Part shown: piece by piece, positions 1 through 9,533 of the stretch | How the letters are laid out: each line of letters begins with the position of its first letter | Position numbering within the stretch: the stretch's first letter is position 1 | Virus record (IMG/VR): IMGVR_UViG_3300046171_000208 | Span: 1 to 64,000 of that record | Direction: 5' to 3' (one strand) | DNA length: 64,000 nt | From: a virus | The notes under the pieces: model-generated | The model's input: the letters and a program-made list of their open reading frames with translations, nothing else | The model's database searches: none | Told to the model about the DNA's origin: nothing | Program-made: the position numbers and the translations under genes

Positions 1-90
1 AAACTGGATGAATATGATCCAAAGGCATTTATTAAGGACAACTTATCCTTTGAATGCTCTGTCAAAACTTTATTAGATATATTAAGATGA
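1..90 (+). CDS. 3' end of an upstream gene (partial; KLDEYDPKAFIKDNLSFECSVKTLLDILR*)
   Basis: Frame 1 is open from base 1 to TGA at 88-90, overlapping the next ATG (ATGA at 87-90). Confidence 0.6.
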   Translation, partial: KLDEYDPKAFIKDNLSFECSVKTLLDILR

Positions 91-782
91 AAATTCTTAT
101 TCTGACTATTGCAACTAATAAGTACATACAATTTGTAGAAAGATTGTATGACAATATTGAAGAGAAGTTTCTCAATGGTCACGAGATACAAGGTTTATTA
201 TTTACTGAACACGATGTAGAAACATCAGATAATATTAAGGTATCTCAAATTGACCACGAACCTTGGCCAATGCCAACTCTTAAAAGATACAATTACTTTG
301 TAAAAGAGAAAGATTATATTTCACAGTTTGATTACTGTTACTACTTTGATGTAGATATGGGAATCGTAGATAAGGTTGGTGATGAAGTGTTAGATGATTT
401 AGTTGCAACGATGCATCCCTATCAATCATTCTATCCAAAAGAGCAGAGAACATATGATCGTAATCCAAAGTCACTTGCATATGTACCACCAGGTGAAGAA
501 GGTGAGTTATATTATGCAGGTGGATTCAATGGTGGTTCAACAAAAAGATTTATGGAAATGGCAGAGATACTTGCCGATAGAGTCACAAAAGATTTAGAGA
601 ATGATGTCATTGCATTATGGCACGATGAATCACAGATGAATCGTTACCTGATAGATAATCCACCAACTAAATCATTGACACCATCATATTGTTTTGCAGA
701 GGAGCAAATGTATAACTCCGAGTATCCTTATGATGCTAAAATTATTGCATTGAAGAAAGACCACAATGAACTTAGATCTTAG
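87..782 (+). CDS. Glycosyltransferase family 6 (ABO/alpha-1,3-Gal-T-like)
   Basis: IATNKY start, WP..TLKRY, FDVD (DxD), YYAGGFNGG and WHDESQMNRY motifs typical of GT6. Start placed at ATG 87, coupled to the upstream stop. Confidence 0.9.
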   Translation: MKILILTIATNKYIQFVERLYDNIEEKFLNGHEIQGLLFTEHDVETSDNIKVSQIDHEPWPMPTLKRYNYFVKEKDYISQFDYCYYFDVDMGIVDKVGDEVLDDLVATMHPYQSFYPKEQRTYDRNPKSLAYVPPGEEGELYYAGGFNGGSTKRFMEMAEILADRVTKDLENDVIALWHDESQMNRYLIDNPPTKSLTPSYCFAEEQMYNSEYPYDAKIIALKKDHNELRS

Positions 783-1404
783 AGAAATACCTGCTGTCTA
801 TATTAATCTTCAACAAGATGTTGAAAAAAAGAATAGTATTGTAGATGTATTAGACGAATGTGGATTTGAAAATATCATTCGTATAGATGGTGAGTATACA
901 CCAGACAGACCATTAGCAGGTTGTTCTTACTCTCATTACAAAGCATTGAATGAAGTAGAACCACCTTTTATTATATTTGAAGATGATTGCAAAGCAAAAA
1001 ACTTTAGAACTATTATTGATGTACCTGATGACTCTGACGCAGTTTATCTTGGCATCTCATCTTGGGGTAGGATGAATTCTCACTCTGGTCCTTGTGTTCA
1101 ATATGAAGAATTGAACGGTGGTCTTTTGAGAATATATAATATGCTGAGTGCTCATTCTGTGCTATACTTAGATGAGGAATATGTTTCTCTCTGTAGCAAG
1201 ATTGCACATCAATCTTTTGATACTGCACAACATCAAGATATTGGTTTCGCTGAAATACAAAGATACTATAATGTCTATGCATTTGATGACCCTTTGTTTT
1301 ATCAAACCAGTTCTAATGGAACAGATGACTCTTTGACTTCATATCCTACAATTGAAGTAATACAACCAAATCGTAATTTCTGGAAACCAACCGTTTTATA
1401 TTAA
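766..1404 (+). CDS. GT25-like glycosyltransferase
   Basis: YINL near the N-terminus, GCSYSH and IIFEDD motifs. Confidence 0.65.
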   Translation: MNLDLREIPAVYINLQQDVEKKNSIVDVLDECGFENIIRIDGEYTPDRPLAGCSYSHYKALNEVEPPFIIFEDDCKAKNFRTIIDVPDDSDAVYLGISSWGRMNSHSGPCVQYEELNGGLLRIYNMLSAHSVLYLDEEYVSLCSKIAHQSFDTAQHQDIGFAEIQRYYNVYAFDDPLFYQTSSNGTDDSLTSYPTIEVIQPNRNFWKPTVLY

Positions 1405-2300
1405 TGACAATTTCAATCGTTACTGGTGGTGCTGGCTTTATCGGGTCACACATCGTTGAAGAACTTAAAAGATTAGATCATATGGTCGTTGTGATTGATA
1501 ATGAGTATTCTGACAACGATAACTTTCATTGGAGAAAAGATACTTTAAATGTAGATATAGACATCACAGATTATAAAGGACTTAAGAATGCATTCACTGG
1601 TGCTGATTATGTATTTCATCTTGCAGCAGAAGCAAGAATCGGACCTGCGATTGAGAATCCAGTAAACGCACTCAATATTAATACGATAGGAACTTGTAAT
1701 GTATTACAATGTGCAAGAGAAGTTGGAGCAAAGAAAGTATTATATTCATCTACATCATCAGGTTACGGATTGAATGAAGCACCCAATATAGAGACACAAC
1801 CAGATGATTGTTTAAATCCATATTCAGTATCAAAGATTGCAGGTGAGAAGTTATGTAAGATGTATACAGACCTTTATGGACTTAAGACAATTGTATTTCG
1901 ATACTTTAATGTCTTTGGTGAAAGAGCACCTAGAAAGGGTCAGTATGCTCCTGTGACAGGTATATTTTTAAGACAGAAAGCAGCAGGTGAACCACTGACA
2001 ATCGTTGGTGACGGGGAACAGAGAAGGGATTACATATATGTAAAAGATGTGGCAAACGCAAATGTAATGGCAGCAATATCAAATCCAGATGATGATGCAT
2101 ACGGACAAGTATATAATGTAGGGTCTGGAAAGAACTATTCAGTGAATGAGATTGCATCTTTCATATCTGATGATACAATTAATATACCACCACGAATTGG
2201 AGAGGCAAGAAACAGTTTGGCAAATATTGATAAGATACGAAAAACATTTGCTTGGAAACCAGAAATGAATGTAGAGGAGTGGATTAAAACACAACTATGA
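1404..2300 (+). CDS. NAD-dependent nucleotide-sugar epimerase/dehydratase (extended SDR)
   Basis: VTGGAGFIGSH, FHLAA, YSVSK (YxxxK), FRYFNVFG and RDYIYVKDVA motifs. Confidence 0.95.
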   Translation: MTISIVTGGAGFIGSHIVEELKRLDHMVVVIDNEYSDNDNFHWRKDTLNVDIDITDYKGLKNAFTGADYVFHLAAEARIGPAIENPVNALNINTIGTCNVLQCAREVGAKKVLYSSTSSGYGLNEAPNIETQPDDCLNPYSVSKIAGEKLCKMYTDLYGLKTIVFRYFNVFGERAPRKGQYAPVTGIFLRQKAAGEPLTIVGDGEQRRDYIYVKDVANANVMAAISNPDDDAYGQVYNVGSGKNYSVNEIASFISDDTINIPPRIGEARNSLANIDKIRKTFAWKPEMNVEEWIKTQL

Positions 2301-3078
2301 ATAAGGCAAAATTCAAATTAAAAGGACTTCCTCCAGTCTATTGTATTAATCTTGATGGTGAACCAGAAAGATGGGAATCTGCTGAAATATGTTTAAGGAG
2401 TGGGATGTTGAAAACTATACCCGTGTATCTGCATATGATGGTCGTGAAGATGATTTAAGTGATATATTAAAAGGAAAGTATCCTGATGGTATGACATCAA
2501 GTGAAGTTGGATGCACCACCTCACATCTTAAAGCAATGAAGATGTTTCTTGAAACTGATGCACCTTGTGCAATTATGATGGAAGATGATTGTGATATATC
2601 TACAGTACTTCATTGGGGATTTACTTGGAAAGATTTTTACTCAAAGATTCCTTATGATTATGATGTCATTCAATTAGCAATAATCAATCCTGCTACAGTA
2701 TATGCACAGTTACATCGTAGATTTATTAATGACTTTTCAACTGCTTGCTATTTAATTACAAGACATCACGCAGAGAAACTTGTAAGATTACATTGTCGTG
2801 GTGATAAGTATAAACTCGATCAAGGTTCAAAACCGAGAGCAGTTGCAGATGATTTAATATACAATTCTGGTAATACATTCGCAATACCTTTATTTCTTTA
2901 CAAACTTGAACTTGGTTCATCAATTCACGATATACACATTCATGTATTTCACAAATCAAGTTACGAAGGTATATGGCAATTTTGGAGATGTGAAGCAACT
3001 AATATTGAAAATTGGGATAATATGTTTGATTATGATCCATATTTTAATCGTGTTCCACCAGGTTTCGAGAACAAATAA
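2297..3078 (+). CDS. GT25 family glycosyltransferase, split by an apparent 1-nt deletion near 2386
   Basis: ATG 2297 gives MNKAKFKLKGLPPVYCINLDGEPERWESAE, the GT25 N-terminus. It continues in another frame as MFKEW...RVSAYDG...EVGCTTSHLKA...MEDD (ORF 2389-3078). Confidence 0.8.
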
Positions 3079-3162
3079 TAAGTAAAACTTATATTCTTTA
3101 TAATAATTTAATAATTATATCAGGGTTTCTTGACTGGGATCGGCATTTAATTGTAAAGTTTC

Positions 3163-3191
3163 TTGACAAAATTTTATATTTACTATATAAT
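3163..3191 (+). promoter_or_regulatory. Sigma70-type (early/host-like) promoter for the hli cluster
   Basis: TTGACA 3163-3168, 17-nt spacer, TATAAT 3186-3191. Confidence 0.85.
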
Positions 3192-3215
3192 ATTGTTACA
3201 TAAATTAATAATTCA

Positions 3216-3413
3216 ATGACAGTTACAACCGAATCAGGTGGAAGACAAAACGCTTTCCCAACTGAAACAAGACCTTATATCGATGAAAGTGCTTCCTACG
3301 ACGGATATCCTCAGAATGCTGAGAAAGTAAATGGTCGTTGGGCGATGATTGGTTTTGTTGCACTATTAGGTGCTTACATCACTACAGGTCAAATCATACC
3401 AGGTATCTTCTAA
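3216..3413 (+). CDS. hli: High-light-inducible protein
   Basis: AEKVNGRWAMIGF...TGQIIPGIF. Confidence 0.97.
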   Translation: MTVTTESGGRQNAFPTETRPYIDESASYDGYPQNAEKVNGRWAMIGFVALLGAYITTGQIIPGIF

Positions 3414-3538
3414 TGGATCATCAGCATTCATATTGGAGATACGCAGAGAAGATTAATGGTCGTCTCGCAATGCTCGGTTTAGTAATCGGCACAGTCAACT
3501 ATGGTCTATTCGGATGGATAGCACCAGGTTTCTTTTAA
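3413..3538 (+). CDS. hli: High-light-inducible protein
   Basis: MDHQHSYWRYAEKINGRLAMLGL...APGFF; TAATG coupling to the previous gene. Confidence 0.93.
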   Translation: MDHQHSYWRYAEKINGRLAMLGLVIGTVNYGLFGWIAPGFF

Positions 3539-3587
3539 AAAAATGAAACTTAACACACAATTCACAATCAACCAAGAGGAAAAACTC

Positions 3588-3695
3588 ATGACTCCAGAAG
3601 CAGAAAGATTTAACGGATGGGCAGCAATGCTAGGTTTCGTAGCAGCAATCGGTGCATACGCAACAACAGGACAAATTATTCCAGGTATATTCTAA
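3588..3695 (+). CDS. hli: High-light-inducible protein (35 aa, not in ORF track)
   Basis: Manual translation MTPEAERFNGWAAMLGFVAAIGAYATTGQIIPGIF*; GAGG SD upstream. Confidence 0.95.
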   Translation: MTPEAERFNGWAAMLGFVAAIGAYATTGQIIPGIF

Positions 3696-3838
3696 TGACA
3701 AACAAAACAGAAACAAGAACAATCGAAAAGGAAAAGTTTTTTGCAGAGAAGCTTAATGGCAGATTCGCAATGCTTGGCATCATCGCAGGATTAGGTGCTT
3801 ACTTAACAACAGGACAAATCATTCCAGGTTTCGTCTAA
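3695..3838 (+). CDS. hli: High-light-inducible protein
   Basis: MTNKTE...AEKLNGRFAMLGIIAGLGAYLTTGQIIPGFV; TAATG coupling. Confidence 0.95.
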   Translation: MTNKTETRTIEKEKFFAEKLNGRFAMLGIIAGLGAYLTTGQIIPGFV

Positions 3839-3951
3839 TGAACAACAAAGATATCTTCGAGAGAGCAATCGGTAGACCTGCAATGATGGCATTCGTGCTA
3901 TTCGGTGGCATCTACCTAGCAACAGGTCAACTTATACCAGGTATCGTATAA
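3838..3951 (+). CDS. hli: Divergent Hli-like protein (37 aa)
   Basis: MNNKDIFERAIGRPAMMAFVLFGGIYLATGQLIPGIV*. Keeps the TGQxIPG tail; ExxNGR is changed to ExxIGR. Confidence 0.85.
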   Translation: MNNKDIFERAIGRPAMMAFVLFGGIYLATGQLIPGIV

Positions 3952-4040
3952 TGAAAAGTGTACCAGTACCCTTAAAAGTTGTACCTTACATCTTCATGGT
4001 TGCAGTTATGTCTGCTATACCTATGGGTGTACTGGTCTAA
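3951..4040 (+). CDS. Small hydrophobic protein (29 aa)
   Basis: MKSVPVPLKVVPYIFMVAVMSAIPMGVLV*; TAATG coupling. Confidence 0.7.
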   Translation: MKSVPVPLKVVPYIFMVAVMSAIPMGVLV

Positions 4041-4097
4041 TTTTTTTTCCTTAAAAACTTTACAAAACTAAATACTTTAGTAACAAATCTTAATTAT

Positions 4098-4268
4098 ATG
4101 ATTCCCTTCGCAGCAGAAACTTCAATATCACCGTTCATGGCAATACTATGGTGCTTCTATCCAGTAGCATTTCTAGTTGGATTGAACCTATTATTGACAG
4201 CGATGAGCGATGACGATGATGACGATGAAGGTGGTGGAGTAATGACACCAGTATACCAAGGAGCATAA
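4098..4268 (+). CDS. Small membrane protein with acidic tail (56 aa)
   Basis: MIPFAAETSISPFMAILWCFYPVAFLVGLNLLLTAMSDDDDDDEGGGVMTPVYQGA*; CTAAATA at 4068 upstream. Confidence 0.75.
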   Translation: MIPFAAETSISPFMAILWCFYPVAFLVGLNLLLTAMSDDDDDDEGGGVMTPVYQGA

Positions 4269-4342
4269 TGATTTACACATTAACATTCGCATGTGCAGTT
4301 GCATTTACTGCAGTTAACGGACTACCGTTCGTATTTTCGTAA
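4268..4342 (+). CDS. Small hydrophobic peptide (24 aa)
   Basis: MIYTLTFACAVAFTAVNGLPFVFS*; TAATG coupling. Confidence 0.6.
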   Translation: MIYTLTFACAVAFTAVNGLPFVFS

Positions 4343-4371
4343 AACTTAATAGCTGAGGAGTACAAGCTTAA

Positions 4372-4476
4372 ATGACCAAAAACTTTTTAAAAATCCCACC
4401 TGCATGGATGGGACTTGCAGAGTTCGCATTCTTTGTTGTAGTGGGAACTGCAGCAGGATCAGCAGGACTAATATGA
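4372..4476 (+). CDS. Small membrane protein (34 aa)
   Basis: MTKNFLKIPPAWMGLAEFAFFVVVGTAAGSAGLI*; GAGGAG upstream. Confidence 0.7.
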   Translation: MTKNFLKIPPAWMGLAEFAFFVVVGTAAGSAGLI

Positions 4477-4574
4477 AACCAAAAGAAAAAATAAGAATGT
4501 TTTTACCGTTTAGTTGGGTTATCCCTGCAATGATATCTTTTTCTTATATCAATGCACACACATTAAACGTATGA
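4473..4574 (+). CDS. Small protein (33 aa)
   Basis: MKPKEKIRMFLPFSWVIPAMISFSYINAHTLNV*; ATGA overlaps at both ends. Confidence 0.55.
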   Translation: MKPKEKIRMFLPFSWVIPAMISFSYINAHTLNV

Positions 4575-4684
4575 ACTATTATCAGACTTTAGAGATGTTT
4601 ATAGCAATATTTTCAGGAACAGTGTTATTAACCACACTTTTCGTGGTAATGATGTCAACAATGATGGAAGAGACAGATATATAA
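4571..4684 (+). CDS. Small membrane protein (37 aa)
   Basis: MNYYQTLEMFIAIFSGTVLLTTLFVVMMSTMMEETDI*; ATGA overlap. Confidence 0.6.
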   Translation: MNYYQTLEMFIAIFSGTVLLTTLFVVMMSTMMEETDI

Positions 4685-4707
4685 AATTAATTGAGTATTT
4701 ATACTTA

Positions 4708-4741
4708 TTGACTTTTCTGTAAAGTTTTGTTAATATAAATA
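4708..4741 (+). promoter_or_regulatory. Overlapping sigma70-type and T4-type late promoters for psbA
   Basis: TTGACT 4708-4713, 17 nt, TG-T-TAATAT 4728-4736; TATAAATA at 4734-4741. Confidence 0.7.
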
Positions 4742-4802
4742 AATGAGTGAGGGTTTCCTCACCATTAGAAAGGACTCGAAACAATCGTAACCCTGACTAC
4801 CA

Positions 4803-4923
4803 ACTGCTCCCAACCAAGACCTACGTAGGCAGTATAATACTTCGTCTTTCTATCCAGTAGTGAGGGATTACTGGAAATAAATATCGCAACTTCCCTGTTG
4901 CCCTATTTACAAACGTCTTACTA
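4803..4923 (+). ncRNA. Structured psbA 5' leader, PhotoRC-II-like cis-regulatory RNA
   Basis: Hairpins CCAGTAG-tgaggga-TTACTGG (4854-4874) and GCAAC-ttccct-GTTGC (4886-4901) with complementary loops (AGGGA/TCCCT). ACTGC/GCAGT and AAGAC/GTCTT pairings lie upstream. Directly 5' of psbA. Confidence 0.7.
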
Positions 4924-6012
4924 ATGACAACTCTTTCAAAACAAGGTAGACAGCAAAGTCTACTAGCAGGTTGGCCACAATTCTGCGAATGGGTAACATC
5001 AACTAACAACAGAATCTATGTTGGATGGTTCGGTGTCCTAATGATTCCATGCTTACTCGCAGCAGCAGCATGTTTCATCGTTGCTTTCATAGCAGCACCT
5101 CCAGTCGATATCGACGGAATCAGAGAACCAGTAGCGGGTTCTTTCTTGTATGGTAACAACATCATCTCTGGTGCAGTTGTTCCTTCATCAAACGCTATCG
5201 GTCTACACTTCTACCCAATCTGGGAAGCAGCAACAGTAGACGAATGGTTATATAACGGTGGTCCTTACCAGTTAGTTATTTTCCACTTCCTAATCGGAAT
5301 CTCTGCTTACATGGGCAGACAGTGGGAACTATCATACAGATTAGGTATGAGACCTTGGATATGTGTAGCATATTCAGCACCTGTATCTGCAGCATTTGCA
5401 GTATTCTTAGTGTATCCTTTCGGACAAGGTTCTTTCTCAGACGGAATGCCACTAGGTATATCAGGTACGTTCAACTTTATGTTCGTGTTCCAAGCAGAGC
5501 ACAATATACTAATGCACCCATTCCATATGGCTGGTGTTGCAGGTATGTTCGGTGGTAGTCTTTTCAGTGCAATGCACGGTAGCTTAGTTACATCATCTTT
5601 AATTAGAGAAACTACAGAAACAGAAAGTCAAAACTACGGCTATAAGTTCGGACAAGAAGAAGAAACATACAACATCGTGGCAGCACACGGTTACTTTGGT
5701 AGACTTATCTTCCAGTATGCTTCATTCAACAACTCAAGAAGTCTTCACTTCTTCCTTGCTGTATTCCCAGTAGTCTGTGTATGGTTAACCTCAATGGGTA
5801 TCTGTACAATGGCATTCAACCTAAACGGTTTCAACTTCAACCAGTCTGTAGTAGACGCTAATGGTAAAATTGTACCAACATGGGGCGATGTTCTAAACAG
5901 AGCAAACTTAGGAATGGAAGTAATGCACGAAAGAAATGCACACAACTTCCCATTAGACCTTGCTTCTGCAGAGTCTACAACAGTTGCTTTAACAGCACCT
6001 GCAATTGGTTAA
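4924..6012 (+). CDS. psbA: Photosystem II D1 protein
   Basis: Unambiguous D1 sequence ([42 protein letters not shown]); uninterrupted. Confidence 0.99.
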   Translation: MTTLSKQGRQQSLLAGWPQFCEWVTSTNNRIYVGWFGVLMIPCLLAAAACFIVAFIAAPPVDIDGIREPVAGSFLYGNNIISGAVVPSSNAIGLHFYPIWEAATVDEWLYNGGPYQLVIFHFLIGISAYMGRQWELSYRLGMRPWICVAYSAPVSAAFAVFLVYPFGQGSFSDGMPLGISGTFNFMFVFQAEHNILMHPFHMAGVAGMFGGSLFSAMHGSLVTSSLIRETTETESQNYGYKFGQEEETYNIVAAHGYFGRLIFQYASFNNSRSLHFFLAVFPVVCVWLTSMGICTMAFNLNGFNFNQSVVDANGKIVPTWGDVLNRANLGMEVMHERNAHNFPLDLASAESTTVALTAPAIG

Positions 6013-6033
6013 TTACTTAACCCAAAACAACTC

Positions 6034-6056
6034 AAGGGGTCGCAAGACCCCTTTTT
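6034..6056 (+). terminator. Rho-independent terminator after psbA
   Basis: AAGGGGTC-GCAA-GACCCCTT followed by Ts; GNRA loop. Confidence 0.85.
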
Positions 6057-6070
6057 CATAGGAAAAATTA

Positions 6071-7147
6071 ATGGTAGCATCTACTTTACAAGCACCTACA
6101 AGGGGTTGGTTTGATGTACTTGATGACTGGTTAAAGAGAGACCGTTTCGTATTCATCGGATGGTCTGGTCTTATACTTTTACCTTGTGCTTACCTTTCTA
6201 TCGGAGGTTGGTTCGTTGGAACTACTTTCGTAACAAGTTGGTATACACACGGTATTGCATCTTCATATCTTGAAGGAGCAAACTTCTTAACAGCAGCAGT
6301 GTCAACACCTGGTGATGCAATGGGTCATAGTCTTATGTTCCTTTGGGGACCAGAGGCACAAGGTTCATTCGTTCGTTGGTTACAACTCGGTGGACTCTGG
6401 AACTTCGTAGCACTTCACGGTGTATTCGGACTCATAGGTTTTATGTTAAGACAGTTTGAAATTGCAGGTCTTGTTGGGATTCGTCCTTACAACGCACTCG
6501 CATTTTCAGCAGTTATCGCAGTCTTCACTAGCATCTTTTTAATCTACCCACTAGGGCAGCATAGTTGGTTCTTCGCACCATCATTCGGTGTCGCAGCAAT
6601 CTTTCGTTATATCTTATTCATTCAAGGTTTCCACAATATAACTCTCAATCCATTTCATATGATGGGTGTAGCAGGTATATTAGGTGGAGCATTACTCTGT
6701 GCCATTCACGGTGCAACAGTACAGAACACTTTGTATGAAGATACTTCAGTCTATACTGATGGTAAGGTTCAGAGTTCTACATTCAGAGCATTTGACCCTA
6801 CACAGGAAGAAGAAACTTATAGTATGATTACAGCAAACAGATTCTGGTCACAGATATTTGGTGTTGCTTTTTCAAACAAAAGATTCTTACACTTCCTTAT
6901 GTTGTTCGTACCTGTGATGGGTATGTGGACATCATCAATCGGTATTGTAGGTCTTGCACTTAACTTAAGAGCATACGATTTTGTATCTCAAGAGATAAGA
7001 GCAGCAGAAGACCCAGAGTTCGAGACTTTCTATACAAAGAATATTCTTCTTAATGAAGGTATGAGAGCTTGGATGTCATCTGTTGACCAACCACACGAGA
7101 ACTTCGTGTTCCCAGAGGAAGTATTACCAAGAGGTAACGCACTCTAA
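6071..7147 (+). CDS. psbD: Photosystem II D2 protein (Prochlorococcus-type)
   Basis: [18 protein letters not shown]...[12 protein letters not shown], with the [19 protein letters not shown] loop. Confidence 0.99.
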   Translation: MVASTLQAPTRGWFDVLDDWLKRDRFVFIGWSGLILLPCAYLSIGGWFVGTTFVTSWYTHGIASSYLEGANFLTAAVSTPGDAMGHSLMFLWGPEAQGSFVRWLQLGGLWNFVALHGVFGLIGFMLRQFEIAGLVGIRPYNALAFSAVIAVFTSIFLIYPLGQHSWFFAPSFGVAAIFRYILFIQGFHNITLNPFHMMGVAGILGGALLCAIHGATVQNTLYEDTSVYTDGKVQSSTFRAFDPTQEEETYSMITANRFWSQIFGVAFSNKRFLHFLMLFVPVMGMWTSSIGIVGLALNLRAYDFVSQEIRAAEDPEFETFYTKNILLNEGMRAWMSSVDQPHENFVFPEEVLPRGNAL

Positions 7148-7172
7148 ACTAAAATCAATATTTGATTACATT

Positions 7173-7203
7173 TACCTCGGAAAAAATTTCGGGGTATTTT
7201 TTT
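7173..7203 (+). terminator. Terminator-like hairpin after psbD
   Basis: TACCTCGGA-aaaaat-TTCGGGGTA followed by 7 Ts. Confidence 0.65.
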
Positions 7204-7254
7204 GCCCTTTAGACTTTTTTTTATTTCCTAAATAAAAATAACTCACAATAGTTT

Positions 7255-7626
7255 ATGGGCATTCTCCATTCTTCTAAAGCGTATGTTTTTAACTTACAAA
7301 CAACAAGTTCAGCAGAGGCAAAGAGATTATGGAGGAAAGACGTAAAAGAGAAATGGCACTTTAAATGTGCATATTGTGGTGATGGTAATAATTTGACAAT
7401 GGATCACGTTGTTCCTAGATCAAAAGGTGGAACAGACTTTACAAAAAATGTAGTCTGTTGTTGTTCTAACTGTAATCACAGTAAAGGGCATCAACCTTGG
7501 GAAGAGTGGTACTTAAATCAAGAGTTTTTCTCATATGAGAAATACCAAAAGATTAGAGAATGGATGGAACCAGATCCACCAACAGACTTATTTCAGTATC
7601 GTCCGAGAAGGAATAACGCTACTTGA
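7255..7626 (+). CDS. HNH endonuclease
   Basis: CAYCG...LTMDHVVPRSKGG...NVVCCCSNCNHSKG. Confidence 0.92.
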   Translation: MGILHSSKAYVFNLQTTSSAEAKRLWRKDVKEKWHFKCAYCGDGNNLTMDHVVPRSKGGTDFTKNVVCCCSNCNHSKGHQPWEEWYLNQEFFSYEKYQKIREWMEPDPPTDLFQYRPRRNNAT

Positions 7627-7677
7627 ATAAATAAATCAGCAGTATATACTGCATACATCGGTAAATACCGTATATAA

Positions 7678-9521
7678 ATGGCAACTCCTTTTAAGTTAAA
7701 AAGGTCTGCAGTCACAGGCAAGCGTCCTGGTTTAGACGATATGCAGATCGGAGAACTAGCAATTAATTTTTATGATGGTCATCTATTCGCAGAAAGAGAC
7801 ACTCAAGGTGTCGGAATAGGAACAACTGTCGCACTACTTACCCCTTGGATAGAGAACTATGGTGGTGGGTCAATAAACTATAATGGAATTGTAACTGCCA
7901 CTTCATATCACGGTAATCAAGTAATCGGAACTCCTGCAGGTGGATTTAAGTCAGGAGCGTTTACGATAGGTAATGCAGATCATACAAAAGATTCAATCAA
8001 CGAATTAAATTTTATATTAGGAAAGTTAGTACCAACTGCACCTGATACATTTGCTGCTGCAAGTGTATCTTTAACAGGAACTGCAGGAAATGGTAGATTA
8101 TGTCAAGGATTTACACCAACTAATAATACAGGTGGTTCAGCACCATCAGCAGGTACACAATATACAAGGAATACAGATAGTACAATTACAACCAACTATC
8201 TTAACGATTACGGACCAGGCGATAATGGCACAGTCACTGGATTTGTAAACGCAGTCGGAGTTGGAACTACAACATTAACTACAGGTACAGATAACGCAAC
8301 AACAGGTGCAGTTCAGATAAATGACAACAAAGATGCATCAGAATCAACAAGAAATTCAGGTATTACATCACAGTTTTATCAAGTATATGATGTAAGATTA
8401 GTAAATGCAGCATCACCAGACGGATATAATAAGGCATTTTTAACTCACGGTTCAGCAACAACTGGTGAGGTTTTCTGGTATGAAGACCCAAGTACAGTCA
8501 GTGCTCCTGTAATTTCATTCAGTGGTGTAACAACACCTGCATCACAAACAGTTGCATATTCATCTGGTATCGCACACTATACAGAGTCAGCAAATAATAC
8601 ATTTACATATGTTCTGACAGTCACAAATGCATCAGGTGATATGTACACTCAAAATACATTCCTATCCTCTGATGGACAAGGTAGTGCATTCCAAAACTCT
8701 GGAAGTAAAAGTTATACAAACTTTACAGGTGGAACCAATCCACCAGCAAGGAACTACGGGGTTGGTGCAGGTGTAACAACACTAATATCAAGTGTTCCAA
8801 GAAATATACACGCAACGGTTACATCAAATCATTTTACTAGATATGATGCAAGCACACCTTATGGATCTCATAATAATCAGAGAGTCAGTTACAGTACAAA
8901 TTTAAATATTATGGGAACATCAGCAACAACATCACAAGTGGACGAAGATAATATATTAGTTTCATCTTTAGGTACAGGTTCAGGAAATGCAATCAGAGTA
9001 AATGCAGGTGCAACTGGTGATACACCTTCACCTATATCATCTACTTTCAATGCAAGTGCAACACCTGCTGTTTATGAAGCAATTGTAAGGGGTGGAACAT
9101 TAAGACACGACCAGACAAACTATACATCATACTTACCAGTTGGTCTTAATCTATCATCAGGTAGAAGTGGCACACAATATTTCCAAATGCTGATTACAAG
9201 AGCTGCTGTATCTCAAATGAATATAGTTGTTACTGGAACTTATGCAGGATGTTTTGTATGTCTTCCAGAAAACTCAACTTGGACTACTGGATTAAGTAGT
9301 ACAAATGGTTGGGCAGATATGTTTGACGCATATTCTGGTGCAGGGTAATCCGAATAATGCTGACAATGGATGTGCCGTTTGGTACAGTGATGTCAGGGTC
9401 GAGTGGCACATTTACTTGTGTGTTTGGTGAAGAATCATCATCAAATGGTAACAACAAAATTTTGGTTCGATTTAAATTGACTTCTGGACAGTCGATTTCT
9501 ACAGTCAGATTCACATCATAG
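7678..9521 (+). CDS. Tail-fibre-like virion protein; C-terminus broken by two apparent +1 insertions (~9345, ~9376)
   Basis: N-terminal KLKRSAVTGKRP...GELAINFYDGHLF fibre-anchor-like motif and S/T/G-rich body. Reading continues (GNPNNADNGC, then FGTVMSGSSGTFTCVFGEESSSN...VRFTS*) to TAG 9519-9521 if two bases are removed. Confidence 0.7.
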
Positions 9522-9533
9522 AGGTATAATTAA

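Noticed and set aside
3338-3838. ORF-track starts at 3338 and 3617 for two hli genes
   Set aside because: These extensions overlap upstream hli genes out of frame; the coupled ATGs at 3413 and 3695 give typical Hli proteins.
4208-4230. GAT/GAC microsatellite as a contingency locus
   Set aside because: Mixed synonymous codons encoding an Asp run in a small ORF, not a pure repeat.
4924-7147. Group I intron in psbA or psbD
   Set aside because: Both ORFs are continuous and of normal length.
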